Notes: generated from the sequence alone by a model not told the origin. Shown: positions 30,836 through 41,943, counted from the first letter of the stretch. The stretch: 64,000 nt of DNA from Actinobacillus sp. (GCA_020026055.1 JAHHRA010000005.1:9097-73096), one strand, 5' to 3'. Translations and numbers: made by a program.

Positions 30836-31858
30836 ATGAGTATTATTGTAAAGCACGCAGCATTACATCAATTGGTTCAGCAACCTCTGAATAATGAAGA
30901 ATCCAAACATATTTCTTTCAAAACAAATTTACGTGAAACTCTACTCCCACTTTCCACTAATGTGGAACAACTGATGCTAACTCTTCACCAAGTTTATCAG
31001 AGTCGTAGCATAAACTATGGGATTTTCCGTGAGAGTTCTCCTTTCGCAAATCAATTAAACAAATGGTTGTCTAAAGAAGAGAGTTTTCTTACTTTCAGTT
31101 GCAACAACGCTACCTTATTAGCTAAAGTATTGGCTGAATACTCTTTTGCTCATAGTGGAACAATCTTTATGTGCCACTACAATTATTTAGCGACTGACTA
31201 TCTCTTCATTGCAATATTAAATAGTCGTTCAAGTATGCTAGTCGATGATGAACTTAATATTCAACTTACTCAGTATTTAGATATGGCACAATTTGAAATT
31301 GCTTGTCGCATTAATCTAACTGATTTACAAAATCATGCTCATTCTAAAAGATATCTTACTTTTCTCAAAGGGCGTATCGGTTACAAAGTGAGTGAATTTT
31401 TTATGTGTTATCTTGATGCAGCAGAAGGACTCAATCCTAAAGCACAAAATCAATCCCTACTTCAAGCTATTCAAGATTATTGTGAAACAAACAATCTTTC
31501 AAATGCTCAAGTAGTTGAAGTGAAAAATCAAGCATTTGAATATTGTCAAACACAACTTAAAAATAATGAAGACATTCAAATAACCGAACTTTCTGCTCAA
31601 TTACCTACTCTAAATCAACATTCATTCGACAATTTTACACAGAATAATGAAAAATATGATTTAGAAGAATCTTTTCCACCTGTTCGTAACAGTTTGAAAA
31701 AACTGACTAAATATTCTGGATATGGTAAAGGAATTAATATTAGTTTTGATGCTAATCTTTTGCATAACCGTGTTGAATGGGATAAAGAAAACGATCGTCT
31801 TATTATTAATGAGCTACCTCCAAATTTACGCAATCAATTAGAACGAATTAAACATTGA
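30836..31858 (+). CDS. yejK: nucleoid-associated protein YejK (NdpA)
   Basis: 340 aa. Conserved yejK/yejL/yejM synteny. The sequence begins MSIIVKHAALHQL. Confidence 0.88.
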   Translation: MSIIVKHAALHQLVQQPLNNEESKHISFKTNLRETLLPLSTNVEQLMLTLHQVYQSRSINYGIFRESSPFANQLNKWLSKEESFLTFSCNNATLLAKVLAEYSFAHSGTIFMCHYNYLATDYLFIAILNSRSSMLVDDELNIQLTQYLDMAQFEIACRINLTDLQNHAHSKRYLTFLKGRIGYKVSEFFMCYLDAAEGLNPKAQNQSLLQAIQDYCETNNLSNAQVVEVKNQAFEYCQTQLKNNEDIQITELSAQLPTLNQHSFDNFTQNNEKYDLEESFPPVRNSLKKLTKYSGYGKGINISFDANLLHNRVEWDKENDRLIINELPPNLRNQLERIKH

Positions 31859-31935
31859 TAGACTACAGTTGGCAGGATACAAAAGTTTCGGTATCATCTA
31901 TCATTAATTTAAAAAATTAAGTACAAGGAATCATT

Positions 31936-32349
31936 ATGTTAATAAAAAAAATGTTTTCTATTTTGGCTCTCATTTTGAGTCTAACTGCTTGCTCTGTTGC
32001 TCAAAAACTGGTTTATCGTATTGATGTACCACAGGGAAATTATCTAGAACAAGCACAAGTAGCAAAAATTAAAATAGGGATGACAAAAACACAAATTCAA
32101 TATCTTTTAGGTTCACCTGCATTAGAAGATCCTTTTAACAATGACAATTGGTATTATGTATTTATTCAACGTAAAGCATATGAAGCACCACAACAACATA
32201 CTCTCATCGTCAATTTTAATAAAATGGGCGTAGTAACAAATTTCGATTTAGATAAACCATTACCAAAAGATCCTGAAGCAATGATAAATAACGTTATCAT
32301 ATCTACGAAAACAGTTGAGCCTAATAGTAGTTGGTTTTCTTGGCCATAA
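31936..32349 (+). CDS. bamE: outer membrane protein assembly factor BamE (SmpA/OmlA)
   Basis: 137 aa. Lipobox LSLTAC, QGNYLEQAQVAKIKIGMTKTQIQYLLGSPALEDPFNNDNWYYV. Confidence 0.88.
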   Translation: MLIKKMFSILALILSLTACSVAQKLVYRIDVPQGNYLEQAQVAKIKIGMTKTQIQYLLGSPALEDPFNNDNWYYVFIQRKAYEAPQQHTLIVNFNKMGVVTNFDLDKPLPKDPEAMINNVIISTKTVEPNSSWFSWP

Positions 32350-32490
32350 CTATTATCACCTAGCTAGTGCTGAGTGTTTTTAGTTGCTCATAAAACATAA
32401 ATATCCAGAATTTTACAGGAGTACTTTTACATCGTTTGATTAAAATAAACTCGTGCTATTTATAGCATGCCACAAAAAGAGGAGAAATTT

Positions 32491-32712
32491 ATGTTCCCAG
32501 AGTATTATGACCTTGTCATCCGTTTAAAAAACGATGATCCCCACTTTAAGTATGTTTATGATAAATATAAAGCACTTCATAGTAAAATTGCTCATTTAAA
32601 AAGGCATAAGACGACTGTCTCAGATCTAGAGCTACAGCAACTAAAAAAAGAAAAACTCTTCTTAAAAGATCAAGCTTATTTAATGCTTCAAAAAGCAAAT
32701 GGCGAACTATAA
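32491..32712 (+). CDS. ydcH: YdcH family (DUF465) protein
   Basis: 73 aa from MFPEYYDLVIRLKNDDPHFKYVYDKYKALHSKI. GAGGAG RBS before the ATG at 32491. Confidence 0.72.
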   Translation: MFPEYYDLVIRLKNDDPHFKYVYDKYKALHSKIAHLKRHKTTVSDLELQQLKKEKLFLKDQAYLMLQKANGEL

Positions 32713-32744
32713 GTTATCGTACAGCTAATGCTTTTTCCTAATTA

Positions 32745-32776
32745 GAAAAACGAGAAGTTTTCTCGTTTTTCTTTTT
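32745..32776 (+). terminator. intrinsic terminator after ydcH
   Basis: GAAAAACGAGAA-GTT-TTCTCGTTTTTC (12-bp stem) followed by TTTTT. Confidence 0.8.
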
Positions 32777-32856
32777 AAAGAAAAAATTTCTATTTCTTTA
32801 TTCACTTTTCAATACAACTTCAATCAGTCCTTAGGAAAAAAGGTATAGTAACTAAC

Positions 32857-34776
32857 ATGAAAAAACCACTTAAAATTATAAAAGATTTCACTACTCGCTA
32901 CATCGATTGGGTTATTCGTTTAGGGAAAGTTAAGTTTTCACTTCTTGGTGTCGCTATTTTGGCAATTTTTGCATTATTAACACAAAGTATTCTTAGCTTA
33001 ATTTTTATTGATAAAATCCATTTACCCGATATAGTTCGTTCAATTATATTCGGTTTATCTTCCGCTCCATTTGTTGTTTATTTCTTCACTTTGTTAGTTG
33101 AACGATTGGAACGTTCTCGTCTACGTTTAGCTGCTTCAGTGGACTATTTACGTCATGAAATTTCCGATCGTATTAATGCTGAAAAACGATTATCTGAAGC
33201 TCTCTCTAACTTAGCTCAAAATCATCGTGAAAAATCTGCTTTAATGGCAACTATTAGCCACGAACTTCGAACACCATTAAACGGTATTATCGGGTTAAGC
33301 AACATCCTTTTGGATGATAATTTAACAGAAAAGCAACGTAATTATCTCCAAACTATCAACACAAGTGCTATCACTCTCAGCTATATTTTTAATGATATTA
33401 TTGACTTGGAAAAAATTAACGCTAATCGTATTGAACTTTGTAAAAAAGAAACAGAATTTCCTCGCTTTATTAACGATATTTCAAACTTTGCAACACTAAT
33501 GGCACAACAACACAATTTGAAATTTGTGCTAGATTGCCCAAAGAATTTACCACAATGGTTATTGTTAGATAGTCATCGTCTTAGTCAAGTACTTTGGAAT
33601 TTAATTAATAACGCAGTCAAGTTCACTCCTAACGGAACTATAACGTTACATGTGGAACAACGTAGTCATACTGAATTTGCTTTTATTTTAGAAGACACTG
33701 GAATTGGAATTCCAAAAAAGGATTTACCTCGTATTTTTGATATGTATTATCAAGTAAAGTCTACTGGTCATAAACAAACAGGGAGTGGTATTGGTTTAGC
33801 CATTTCTAAAACGATTGCTAAATTAATGGGAGGTAATCTCACTGTCGAAAGTGAACTCAACAAAGGGTCAATTTTTACTATTACTTTCCAAGCTGAGATC
33901 ACTCAAAAATCACTTGATATAATAAAAAAATTACCTACAACTTTGCATATTTTATTAGTAGAAGATATTGAAATTAATATTATCGTTGCAAAAGCTATGC
34001 TAGAGAAACTTGGTTATTTTGTTGATGTTGCAATGACTGGAAAAGAGGCTATTTATAAGTTTGAACATAATGATTACGATCTATTACTTCTTGATATTCA
34101 ATTACCCGATATTTCAGGTATTGAAATTGCTCAATATTTACGTCATCAATATGAAAATGATAACTATAATTATCTTCCACCAATTATTGCTTTAACCGCA
34201 AATGTTATGCAAAGCAAAACAGATTATCAAAAATATGGCATAGATGATGTCTTACGTAAACCACTTGAATTTGAAGCATTAACTACTTGTATTCGTCATT
34301 TTTTTGCTGATGAAATCAGCACTATTACTCAAGACAAATTACTTGATCTTACGCCTACGTTAGAAAATAGTACTTTTGAACAATCTCTAACTAATACAGT
34401 TGAAGAAAATTCTGATACTCTCAACACCCAAATGTTAAAAGAGCTTCTAGAGATGCTAGGTAATGAATTTGTCGAAAGTAATCTCCGTTTATTTGAAAAA
34501 ACGATGCCTGAATATTTAAAAGAATTAGACGACAGCTATCAAAATTATCAAAAAAATCCTGCATTATCTCAATCCATTGCGTCAATAGCACATAAAATTA
34601 AAGGATCTGCAGCATCTGTGGGGCTACTTAGTATCCAAAGAATCATGCTTAAAATTCAACAAAATGAAAGAGAAGAATGGAAACATAACGTCGACTTATG
34701 GGTAAATGAAATACATTCTATCTGGCAAAAAAATATTACTGAATTAAAGAACTGGCTTAAACAACAGTCTTCTTAA
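32857..34776 (+). CDS. arcB: hybrid sensor histidine kinase ArcB (PAS-less Pasteurellaceae type)
   Basis: 639 aa. Two TM segments, a coiled-coil linker, an H-box ATISHELRTPLNGI at about residue 130, HATPase (GSGIGLAISK), a receiver (ILLVEDIEINI...LLLLDIQLPDISG) and an HPt domain (HKIKGSAASVGL). Confidence 0.9.
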   Translation: MKKPLKIIKDFTTRYIDWVIRLGKVKFSLLGVAILAIFALLTQSILSLIFIDKIHLPDIVRSIIFGLSSAPFVVYFFTLLVERLERSRLRLAASVDYLRHEISDRINAEKRLSEALSNLAQNHREKSALMATISHELRTPLNGIIGLSNILLDDNLTEKQRNYLQTINTSAITLSYIFNDIIDLEKINANRIELCKKETEFPRFINDISNFATLMAQQHNLKFVLDCPKNLPQWLLLDSHRLSQVLWNLINNAVKFTPNGTITLHVEQRSHTEFAFILEDTGIGIPKKDLPRIFDMYYQVKSTGHKQTGSGIGLAISKTIAKLMGGNLTVESELNKGSIFTITFQAEITQKSLDIIKKLPTTLHILLVEDIEINIIVAKAMLEKLGYFVDVAMTGKEAIYKFEHNDYDLLLLDIQLPDISGIEIAQYLRHQYENDNYNYLPPIIALTANVMQSKTDYQKYGIDDVLRKPLEFEALTTCIRHFFADEISTITQDKLLDLTPTLENSTFEQSLTNTVEENSDTLNTQMLKELLEMLGNEFVESNLRLFEKTMPEYLKELDDSYQNYQKNPALSQSIASIAHKIKGSAASVGLLSIQRIMLKIQQNEREEWKHNVDLWVNEIHSIWQKNITELKNWLKQQSS

Positions 34777-34833
34777 ACAAAGTATAAGTACAATTAACTA
34801 AAACAAAATCCTATCGTAATAGAAAAAACTCTG

Positions 34834-34926
34834 TATAATGTTCAAGCTTTATTTTTCCAATGGCGTGCGACTAACAAAAATAATTTATTAGCCGATCTAC
34901 AAACAAAGATTATTTTTGCTAGTCGC
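34834..34926 (+). promoter_or_regulatory. pnp promoter -10 and leader stem-loop (candidate RNase III autoregulation site)
   Basis: Perfect TATAAT at 34834-34839. An 18-bp stem GCGACTAACAAAAATAAT (34867-34884) pairs with ATTATTTTTGCTAGTCGC (34909-34926) with one mismatch, ~55 nt before the pnp ATG. Confidence 0.55.
34851..34867. repeat. possible short fragment of the palindromic repeat
   Basis: ATTTTTCCAATGGCGTG has the right half of the centre plus the outer GGCGTG, but the inner arm is missing. Weak. Confidence 0.3.
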
Positions 34927-34979
34927 AATTGGAAAATGATAGCATTTCCAAATTATCTTTAATTTTAAAAGGATACAAT

Positions 34980-37118
34980 ATGATGACTCCAATTGTTAAA
35001 CAATTCAAATACGGTCAACACACAGTAACGCTGGAAACTGGTGCGATTGCTCGTCAGGCAACTGCAGCAGTGATGGCAAGTATGGATAATACTTCTGTAC
35101 TTGTTACTGTCGTCGCGAAAAAGGAAGTGAAAGACGGGCAAGATTTCTTCCCATTAACTGTAAATTACCAAGAAAAAACTTATGCAGCAGGTAAAATTCC
35201 AGGTGGTTTTTTCAAACGTGAAGGGCGTCCAAGTGAAAATGAAACGCTTATCGCACGTTTAATCGACCGCCCAATTCGCCCCCTTTTCCCCGAAGGATTC
35301 TTCAACGAGATTCAAGTTATTGCAACTGTAGTTTCTGTCAATCCACAAGTAAGCCCTGACCTTGTCGCAATGATTGGTGCTTCTGCTGCACTCACCCTCT
35401 CTGGTGTGCCATTCAATGGTCCTATTGGTGCCGCTCGTGTCGGCTTTATCAACAATCAGTTTGTATTAAACCCAATAACTAGTGAACAAAAAATTAGCAA
35501 CTTAGATTTAGTCGTTGCAGGGACTGAAAAAGCAGTTCTGATGGTTGAATCTGAAGCAAAAATTCTTTCTGAAGAACAAATGCTCGCTGCTGTTGTGTTT
35601 GGGCATGAACAACAACAAGTTGTGATTCAAGCTATTAAAGAATTCGCTCAAGAAGCAGGTAAACCACGTTGGGATTGGATTGCTCCTCAACCAAATACTG
35701 ATTTAATCAATAAAGTTAAAGCGTTAGCAGAAACACGCATTGGTGATGCTTATCGCATTACTGAAAAACAAGCTCGCTATGCGACAATCGACGAAATCAA
35801 AGCAGAAGTCGTTGCCAAATTACAAGTTGAAGATGAGACGCTTGAAGCGAATCAAATTATTGACATTATCACCGAACTAGAGAGTAACATCGTACGTAGC
35901 CGTATCCTAGCTGGCGAACCACGTATTGATGGGCGCACAAAAGACACTGTTCGAGCATTAGATATTTGCACAGGTGTTTTACCACGCACTCATGGTTCAG
36001 CATTGTTTACTCGCGGTGAAACTCAATCATTAGCAGTAGCAACACTGGGTACAGAACGTGATGCTCAAATTATTGATGAATTAACAGGTGAACGTAGCGA
36101 TCATTTCTTATTCCACTATAATTTTCCGCCTTTTTCTGTCGGTGAAACAGGAATGATAGGTTCACCAAAACGTCGTGAAATCGGTCATGGTCGCCTTGCA
36201 AAACGTGGTGTCGCAGCAGTTATGCCAACTATCGCTGAATTCCCGTACACTGTCCGTGTCGTTTCTGAGATCACTGAATCCAATGGCTCTTCTTCAATGG
36301 CTTCTGTCTGCGGTGCTTCTCTCGCACTTATGGATGCTGGAGTACCAATCAAAGCAGCTGTCGCTGGCATTGCAATGGGGCTTGTAAAGGGTGATGAAAA
36401 CTTTGTTGTATTAACCGATATCCTTGGTGATGAAGATCACCTTGGCGATATGGATTTCAAAGTAGCAGGTACTCGTGAAGGAATAACTGCTCTACAAATG
36501 GATATCAAAATTGAAGGGATTACCCCAGAAATTATGCAGATCGCTCTTAACCAAGCAAAAAGTGCACGCATGCATATTTTAAACGTCATGGAACAAGCTA
36601 TCCCTGCACCTCGCGAAGAGTTATCTGAATTTGCACCTCGTATTTATACAATGAAGATCGACCCTAAAAAAATCAAAGACGTCATTGGTAAAGGTGGAGC
36701 AACTATCCGTTTTCTAACAGAAGAAACAAATACTTCTATTGATATTGATGATGACGGTACTGTAAAAATTGCAGCAACTGACGGTAATTCAGCAAAAGAA
36801 GTTATGTCTAAAATTGAAGAAATTGTTGCCGAAGTTGAGGCAGGTAAAATTTACCAAGGAAAAGTCACTCGCCTTGCAGATTTCGGTGCATTTGTTGCAA
36901 TCCTCGGCAATAAAGAAGGTCTTGTCCACATTTCCCAAATTGCAGATGAACGCGTTGAACGAGTTAATGATTATCTACAAGTTGGTCAAGAAGTCGTTGT
37001 AAAAGTAATAGAAATCGATCGTCAGGGTCGTATCCGTTTAACAATGAAAGACATTACACCTGCTGCTGTTGTCGCCACAGATGAAGTCTTTGTTGAATCA
37101 ACACTTATTGAAGAGTAA
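34980..37118 (+). CDS. pnp: polyribonucleotide nucleotidyltransferase (PNPase)
   Basis: 712 aa from [21 protein letters not shown]. Two RNase PH domains, KH ([13 protein letters not shown]) and S1 ([15 protein letters not shown]). AAGGA RBS 6 nt before the ATG at 34980. The track's TTG start at 34929 is unlikely. Confidence 0.97.
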   Translation: MMTPIVKQFKYGQHTVTLETGAIARQATAAVMASMDNTSVLVTVVAKKEVKDGQDFFPLTVNYQEKTYAAGKIPGGFFKREGRPSENETLIARLIDRPIRPLFPEGFFNEIQVIATVVSVNPQVSPDLVAMIGASAALTLSGVPFNGPIGAARVGFINNQFVLNPITSEQKISNLDLVVAGTEKAVLMVESEAKILSEEQMLAAVVFGHEQQQVVIQAIKEFAQEAGKPRWDWIAPQPNTDLINKVKALAETRIGDAYRITEKQARYATIDEIKAEVVAKLQVEDETLEANQIIDIITELESNIVRSRILAGEPRIDGRTKDTVRALDICTGVLPRTHGSALFTRGETQSLAVATLGTERDAQIIDELTGERSDHFLFHYNFPPFSVGETGMIGSPKRREIGHGRLAKRGVAAVMPTIAEFPYTVRVVSEITESNGSSSMASVCGASLALMDAGVPIKAAVAGIAMGLVKGDENFVVLTDILGDEDHLGDMDFKVAGTREGITALQMDIKIEGITPEIMQIALNQAKSARMHILNVMEQAIPAPREELSEFAPRIYTMKIDPKKIKDVIGKGGATIRFLTEETNTSIDIDDDGTVKIAATDGNSAKEVMSKIEEIVAEVEAGKIYQGKVTRLADFGAFVAILGNKEGLVHISQIADERVERVNDYLQVGQEVVVKVIEIDRQGRIRLTMKDITPAAVVATDEVFVESTLIEE

Positions 37119-37139
37119 TTTTAATCACACATAATGGAA

Positions 37140-37181
37140 AATTAAGTAACACTTTAGTGTTGCTTAATTTTCTTCTTTTTT
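37140..37181 (+). terminator. intrinsic terminator after pnp
   Basis: AATTAAGTAACAC-TTTA-GTGTTGCTTAATT followed by TTCTTCTTTTTT. Confidence 0.8.
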
Positions 37182-37276
37182 GTTATAGATAGATATGGTT
37201 TTATTGGCTTGTCTAAGACGTTATCATTCTCCATTATTTCCATTTCATTTATTTCATATCATTTTGAGAATATTTA

Positions 37277-39055
37277 ATGACAGAACACGAATCCACTTTT
37301 AATACTAATTTTAACAATTTAGGCTTGCCTGAATATCTCCTAAATGCTGTTGCAGATATGGGTTTCACACAGCCTTCTCCTATTCAAGAAAAATGTATTC
37401 CTGCCCTATTATCTGGACAAGATATTTTAGGAATGGCACAAACTGGCAGCGGTAAAACAGCCGCTTTCTCATTACCCTTGCTCGCACATTTAGATAACAA
37501 TCAAAAATATCCCCAAATGCTAGTAATGGCACCGACACGTGAACTTGCTATTCAAGTAGCTGATGCTTGTGAACAATTTACTAAATATGCTAAAGGACTA
37601 CATGTTGTGACTCTTTATGGTGGACAACGCTATGACATCCAATTACGTACTTTACGTCAAGGAGCACAAATCGTTGTTGGTACTCCAGGTCGCATTCTTG
37701 ATCATTTACGTCGTAACACTCTTGATCTTTCTCATCTAAAATCCATCGTATTGGACGAAGCTGACGAAATGTTACGTATGGGTTTTATTGACGACGTAGA
37801 GACTGTAATGGCGGCTTTACCTGAAGATCATCAAACAGCACTTTTTTCAGCAACAATGCCAGACCCCATTCGACGTATCACTAAGCGTTTTATGCGTAAC
37901 CCTCAAGAAATAAAAATCAAAGCAAGCAAAACCACTGCCCCTGATATTACACAAAGTTGCTGGTATGTACGCGGATTTCGTAAAAATGAAGCATTATTAC
38001 GCTTTTTAGAAGTAGAAGATTTCGATGCTGCCATTATCTTCACTCGTACTAAAACTGGCACCACAGACCTCAGTTCACTCCTCGAACGCAATGGTTTCCG
38101 TGCTGCAGCATTAAATGGCGATATGACACAACAAGCTCGAGAACAAACTTTAGATCGTCTACGCAATGGTAGCCTTGATATCTTAATCGCTACTGACGTT
38201 GCCGCTCGCGGTTTAGACGTAGAACGCATCAGTCTAGTCGTAAATTATGATATCCCACTAGACGCAGAAAGCTATGTTCACCGCATCGGTCGTACAGGTC
38301 GAGCAGGACGTGCAGGGCGAGCTATTTTATTCGTTGAACCACGTGAAAATCGTTTACTTAGAAATATTGAACGTTTAATGAATAAACCAATTGAAGAAGT
38401 AAATGTACCAAATCATGAGATCTTACAGGCAAGTCGACGTAAAAAATTTGTAGAAAAAGTCACCTGTTATCTTGAACATCACGATCTAGTTCAGTACCGT
38501 AGCTTGTTAGAAGATCTTTTTACAGCAGATCAAGATCAAGAAGATATCGCCGCTGCAATGTTAATGTTATTACAAGGAAAACAAAAGCTTATTCTCCCTC
38601 CTGACCCTGTAATCGAATCTCGTCGTGATCGAAATAATCGAAATGAGCGTCGTGAACGTGAAAATTTGCATTCGCATGAACGTCGTGGTTATGGCAATCC
38701 AAAACCTATGGATCTTTACCGTATTGAAGTTGGTCGTATGAATGGTGTTGAAGTGCGACATATTGTTGGAGCGATTGCCAACGAAGGCGATATTAGCAGC
38801 CGCAATATTGGTCATATTAAACTTTATGATGATCATGCTACGATTGAATTACCACAAGGTATGCCTAAAGCATTATTGAAGCATTTTAATAAAGCTCGTG
38901 TATTAAATAAACCAATGCAGATGTCCTTCTTGCATGCTGTTGAAAGTCAAACTAAAGAACGTAGCAACCGCCAACGTAAAAGCTTTTCTGATCGCAATGA
39001 ACGAAGTAAAAAATTTACAGAGAAAAAACTTTCTTTTAAAGATCGTCGTTTTTAA
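37277..39055 (+). CDS. deaD: cold-shock DEAD-box RNA helicase DeaD/CsdA
   Basis: 592 aa. Q-motif [37 protein letters not shown], and a C-terminal DbpA-like/basic tail. Confidence 0.95.
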   Translation: MTEHESTFNTNFNNLGLPEYLLNAVADMGFTQPSPIQEKCIPALLSGQDILGMAQTGSGKTAAFSLPLLAHLDNNQKYPQMLVMAPTRELAIQVADACEQFTKYAKGLHVVTLYGGQRYDIQLRTLRQGAQIVVGTPGRILDHLRRNTLDLSHLKSIVLDEADEMLRMGFIDDVETVMAALPEDHQTALFSATMPDPIRRITKRFMRNPQEIKIKASKTTAPDITQSCWYVRGFRKNEALLRFLEVEDFDAAIIFTRTKTGTTDLSSLLERNGFRAAALNGDMTQQAREQTLDRLRNGSLDILIATDVAARGLDVERISLVVNYDIPLDAESYVHRIGRTGRAGRAGRAILFVEPRENRLLRNIERLMNKPIEEVNVPNHEILQASRRKKFVEKVTCYLEHHDLVQYRSLLEDLFTADQDQEDIAAAMLMLLQGKQKLILPPDPVIESRRDRNNRNERRERENLHSHERRGYGNPKPMDLYRIEVGRMNGVEVRHIVGAIANEGDISSRNIGHIKLYDDHATIELPQGMPKALLKHFNKARVLNKPMQMSFLHAVESQTKERSNRQRKSFSDRNERSKKFTEKKLSFKDRRF

Positions 39056-39077
39056 TTCTTTGAAAAAGTAAAATTAA

Positions 39078-39116
39078 CGCCTCTCAACTTGAAAAATTTT
39101 TCCTAATTGAGGGGCG
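39078..39116. repeat. palindromic repeat, full copy; terminator for deaD
   Basis: CGCCTCTCAACTT-GAAAAATTTTTCC-TAATTGAGGGGCG followed by TTTTTTTAT. Confidence 0.85.
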
Positions 39117-39323
39117 TTTTTTTATACACAAATTAACTAAATAAATTGAAAATATATTAGCAATGGTCACTATCATAAGGTATCAATTAGTTAAACGGCA
39201 GAAAATAACATCAATAAATCATTATTGCATTCAACCTGTTTCTTTAAAGCTTAAATTTATTACAAATGGAGTACAAAAATACTTTTGTTTAAGCAACGAA
39301 AAAGTGAAAAATAACGCATTTCA

Positions 39324-39363
39324 CGCCTAAAAATTCAGAAAAATTTTCCCGAATTCGAGGGCG
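39324..39363. repeat. palindromic repeat, full but imperfect copy just after the mobA stop
   Basis: CGCCTAAAAATTC-AGAAAAATTTTCCC-GAATTCGAGGGCG. The centre and outer ends are intact and there are four inner-arm mismatches. Confidence 0.75.
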
Positions 39364-39368
39364 TTAAA

Positions 39369-39962
39369 TCAATCTTCGATTTTTATTCCACTATTATTCT
39401 GTAGATCTTCGAACGTATTAAAATTTTGAAAAGCGTGTGGTTCATCGGAAAAGTCAACAACAACACCTTCTTGCTCTTGTAAAAACTTTAAAATGCGTCG
39501 TTCACCCCTGTTCAAATAATGCTCTAATGCAGGAATAAGTACTCTAGACATCAAACAAAATGTAGGTTGAGGTCGCTCACCATTATGAGCATAAGCAAGC
39601 TTAGCTTGTTGTTGAATAAGTGCATTAAATAATCTTTGGCAAAGATGTGCGGATAAAAAAGGATTATCACAAGGAACAAATAATACATAGTCTGTTGTAG
39701 TGCGTTTTAGTGCAGTTAACATACCGCTTAAGGGTCCTTGAAAATTCGCTAATTCATCAGCAAAAACAGGGAAGCCATATTCAGCATAGCGATCTTGATT
39801 ACGATTGGCATTGATACTCAGTGTGGCAACTTGCGAAGATAATCTTTCTAAACAATAAGAAATCATTGGTTTCCCTTGAAACATCACTAATCCTTTATCT
39901 TTTCCTTGCATTCGCAAAGCTTGACCACCCGCTAAAATTACTCCACTAATTGTTATTGTCAT
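39369..39962 (-). CDS. mobA: molybdenum cofactor guanylyltransferase
   Basis: 197 aa. ISGVILAGGQALRMQGKDKGL, and FVPCDNPF. Confidence 0.9.
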   Translation of the reverse strand: MTITISGVILAGGQALRMQGKDKGLVMFQGKPMISYCLERLSSQVATLSINANRNQDRYAEYGFPVFADELANFQGPLSGMLTALKRTTTDYVLFVPCDNPFLSAHLCQRLFNALIQQQAKLAYAHNGERPQPTFCLMSRVLIPALEHYLNRGERRILKFLQEQEGVVVDFSDEPHAFQNFNTFEDLQNNSGIKIED

Positions 39963-40024
39963 ATTTTATTCCATTTTTAATTCGTGTATCATTCACGTTC
40001 TGTTTTAATCATAAGGAAAAGTGA

Positions 40025-40291
40025 ATGAGATGTCACCGCCTAAATGAAATTTTGGAACTTTTGCAACCTTATTGGAGTAAACAACCAGATCTGAGTTTAA
40101 TGCAAATTCTCGTTCGAATTGCCAAAGAAACAGGCTTTGAGCAAGACGTTACTCAGCTTTCAGATGAAGTGATTATTTATCATTTAAAAATGTATGATAT
40201 GAACAAAACTGCACCTATCCCTGGCTTACAAAAAGATTATGAGGAAGATTTTAAAACAGCCTTATTAAAGGCACGCGGTATTCTTAAATAA
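40025..40291 (+). CDS. yihD: YihD family (DUF1040) protein
   Basis: 88 aa. [13 protein letters not shown]...[10 protein letters not shown]...[21 protein letters not shown] is very close to E. coli YihD. It is divergent from mobA as in E. coli. Confidence 0.88.
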   Translation: MRCHRLNEILELLQPYWSKQPDLSLMQILVRIAKETGFEQDVTQLSDEVIIYHLKMYDMNKTAPIPGLQKDYEEDFKTALLKARGILK

Positions 40292-40333
40292 AAAGCTCAA
40301 TATATTTTATTTTCAATTTAACAGAGGTTCTCT

Positions 40334-40948
40334 ATGAAAAAACTCTTTTTCGTCTTCATCGCTTTATTCAGTTTTATTCAGGTACAAGCAGCTGATGCTT
40401 ACATCACTTTAGATCGTCAACCTTCAGCGAAACAAAATGTAATTGAATTTTTCTCATTCTATTGTCCGCATTGCTACACATTTGAATATGAATACCAAAT
40501 TCCATCAAAGATCCGTGCTGCTTTACCAAAAGATGTGGATTTCAAACAATATCATTTAGGATCACAAGATGACTTACTAACCCAAGCTTGGGCTCTTGCA
40601 ATGTTATTAGGAGTAGAAAACAAAGTGCGTCAACCAATTTTTGACACAATTCAAGCACGCCTTAAACAAGCAAATAAATTTATCCCTTTGAGCAAGAAAG
40701 ATTTTCGTCGTATTTTCCTAAACGCTGGCGTGACAGAAGAGCAATTTAATGCTTTTGATAGCTTTGCTGTCACTGCATTAACGAAAAAACAACAAAAATT
40801 AGCTGAAGAATTAAACGTAAATAGTGTGCCCGTCTTTTTTGTTGATGAAAAATATCAAATCGACCCTAAAAAGTTACCAAACAAAAATCTTGAAAGTTTT
40901 ATTAATGGTTATGTAAAAACAATTAGTGATTTATTGCAAAAACACTAA
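40334..40948 (+). CDS. dsbA: thiol:disulfide interchange protein DsbA
   Basis: 204 aa. Signal peptide and the FFSFYCPHCY active site (CPHC). Confidence 0.92.
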   Translation: MKKLFFVFIALFSFIQVQAADAYITLDRQPSAKQNVIEFFSFYCPHCYTFEYEYQIPSKIRAALPKDVDFKQYHLGSQDDLLTQAWALAMLLGVENKVRQPIFDTIQARLKQANKFIPLSKKDFRRIFLNAGVTEEQFNAFDSFAVTALTKKQQKLAEELNVNSVPVFFVDEKYQIDPKKLPNKNLESFINGYVKTISDLLQKH

Positions 40949-41011
40949 AAGTTTGTTCTAATGCGACTTTTTCAAAATCTACAATCACTATAGAAATACA
41001 TTGAGGAAATT

Positions 41012-41338
41012 ATGGCAGAGAGTTTTAGTGTTACTCGTCGTTACTTTGATGATGAACATTACCCTCGTGGTTTTGCTCGTCATGGCGACTATACAATCAA
41101 AGAAGCACAAGTTTTAGAACAATTTGGACAAGCGTTTAATGCATTAGATAAAGGTGAACGCAAGCCAGTAACAAAAGAAGAAAAAGCCTTTGTTGCTTTT
41201 TGTCGTGGTGAACACCCTGCTGAGACATTCTTTGAAAAAGTTTGGGGGAAATATCGTACTCGTATCGCATCTGCAAAACGTGTTTATACACTTTCAGGCG
41301 TTATTGCTGATAATATCGAAGACTTCTCTGGTGAATAA
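41012..41338 (+). CDS. maoP: macrodomain Ori protein MaoP (YifE, UPF0438)
   Basis: 108 aa. [39 protein letters not shown] is close to E. coli YifE. Confidence 0.85.
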   Translation: MAESFSVTRRYFDDEHYPRGFARHGDYTIKEAQVLEQFGQAFNALDKGERKPVTKEEKAFVAFCRGEHPAETFFEKVWGKYRTRIASAKRVYTLSGVIADNIEDFSGE

Positions 41339-41430
41339 TTCTTCGTTTAAGTTAACGAGAATAGCAAAACAGAATATCGCTACTGTTTTTAAAACTTAGA
41401 AACAGTGGCAATATACTTTATAAAATTATT

Positions 41431-41940
41431 TTAAATATCCAATAATACTAAAATTGCAGCATCCCCTCCCCATTCTCTAGGTGCTTGATGCAATGCTCTC
41501 ACTCTTGGATGCTGAACTAACCAACGTGGAATTTGATTTTTAAGTGTGAAAGTTCCATACCCTGTCATAATACTGGCACAAAAAAAATGATCTTTTTCAC
41601 AAGCCAAAAGCAAAGCAGCTAATTCTAGCTTCGCTTGTTTTTTGGTCACACCATGTAAATCTAAAAATATTTCTGGCGAAAAATCACCACGACGTAATTG
41701 TTTCAGTAAATGATTGTCCTCGCCATCTCGTAAGTAGCGTACTTTATCATCTTCATTTAATAAGGGTTCATAATTATCCGAAAAAAAGAAAAGTACATCT
41801 TCTGTCTTTCGAACATCTTGGAGTACTTGTTTTCTTATATTAACTTTTTCTTTTTGTGGTGCATAAGTATCTTGTTTTAATGGCTTCACTCCCTGCATCG
41901 CATTTCGAAAGAGCAGCTTATCATCAGAATCTTTTTTCAT
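41431..41940 (-). CDS. smrB: ribosome-rescue endonuclease SmrB (Smr domain)
   Basis: 169 aa. LFRNAMQGVKPLKQDT..., LRRGDFSPEIFLDLHGVTKKQAKLEL, HQAPREWGGDAAILVLL, similar to E. coli YfcN. Confidence 0.87.
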   Translation of the reverse strand: MKKDSDDKLLFRNAMQGVKPLKQDTYAPQKEKVNIRKQVLQDVRKTEDVLFFFSDNYEPLLNEDDKVRYLRDGEDNHLLKQLRRGDFSPEIFLDLHGVTKKQAKLELAALLLACEKDHFFCASIMTGYGTFTLKNQIPRWLVQHPRVRALHQAPREWGGDAAILVLLDI

Positions 41941-41943
41941 AAT

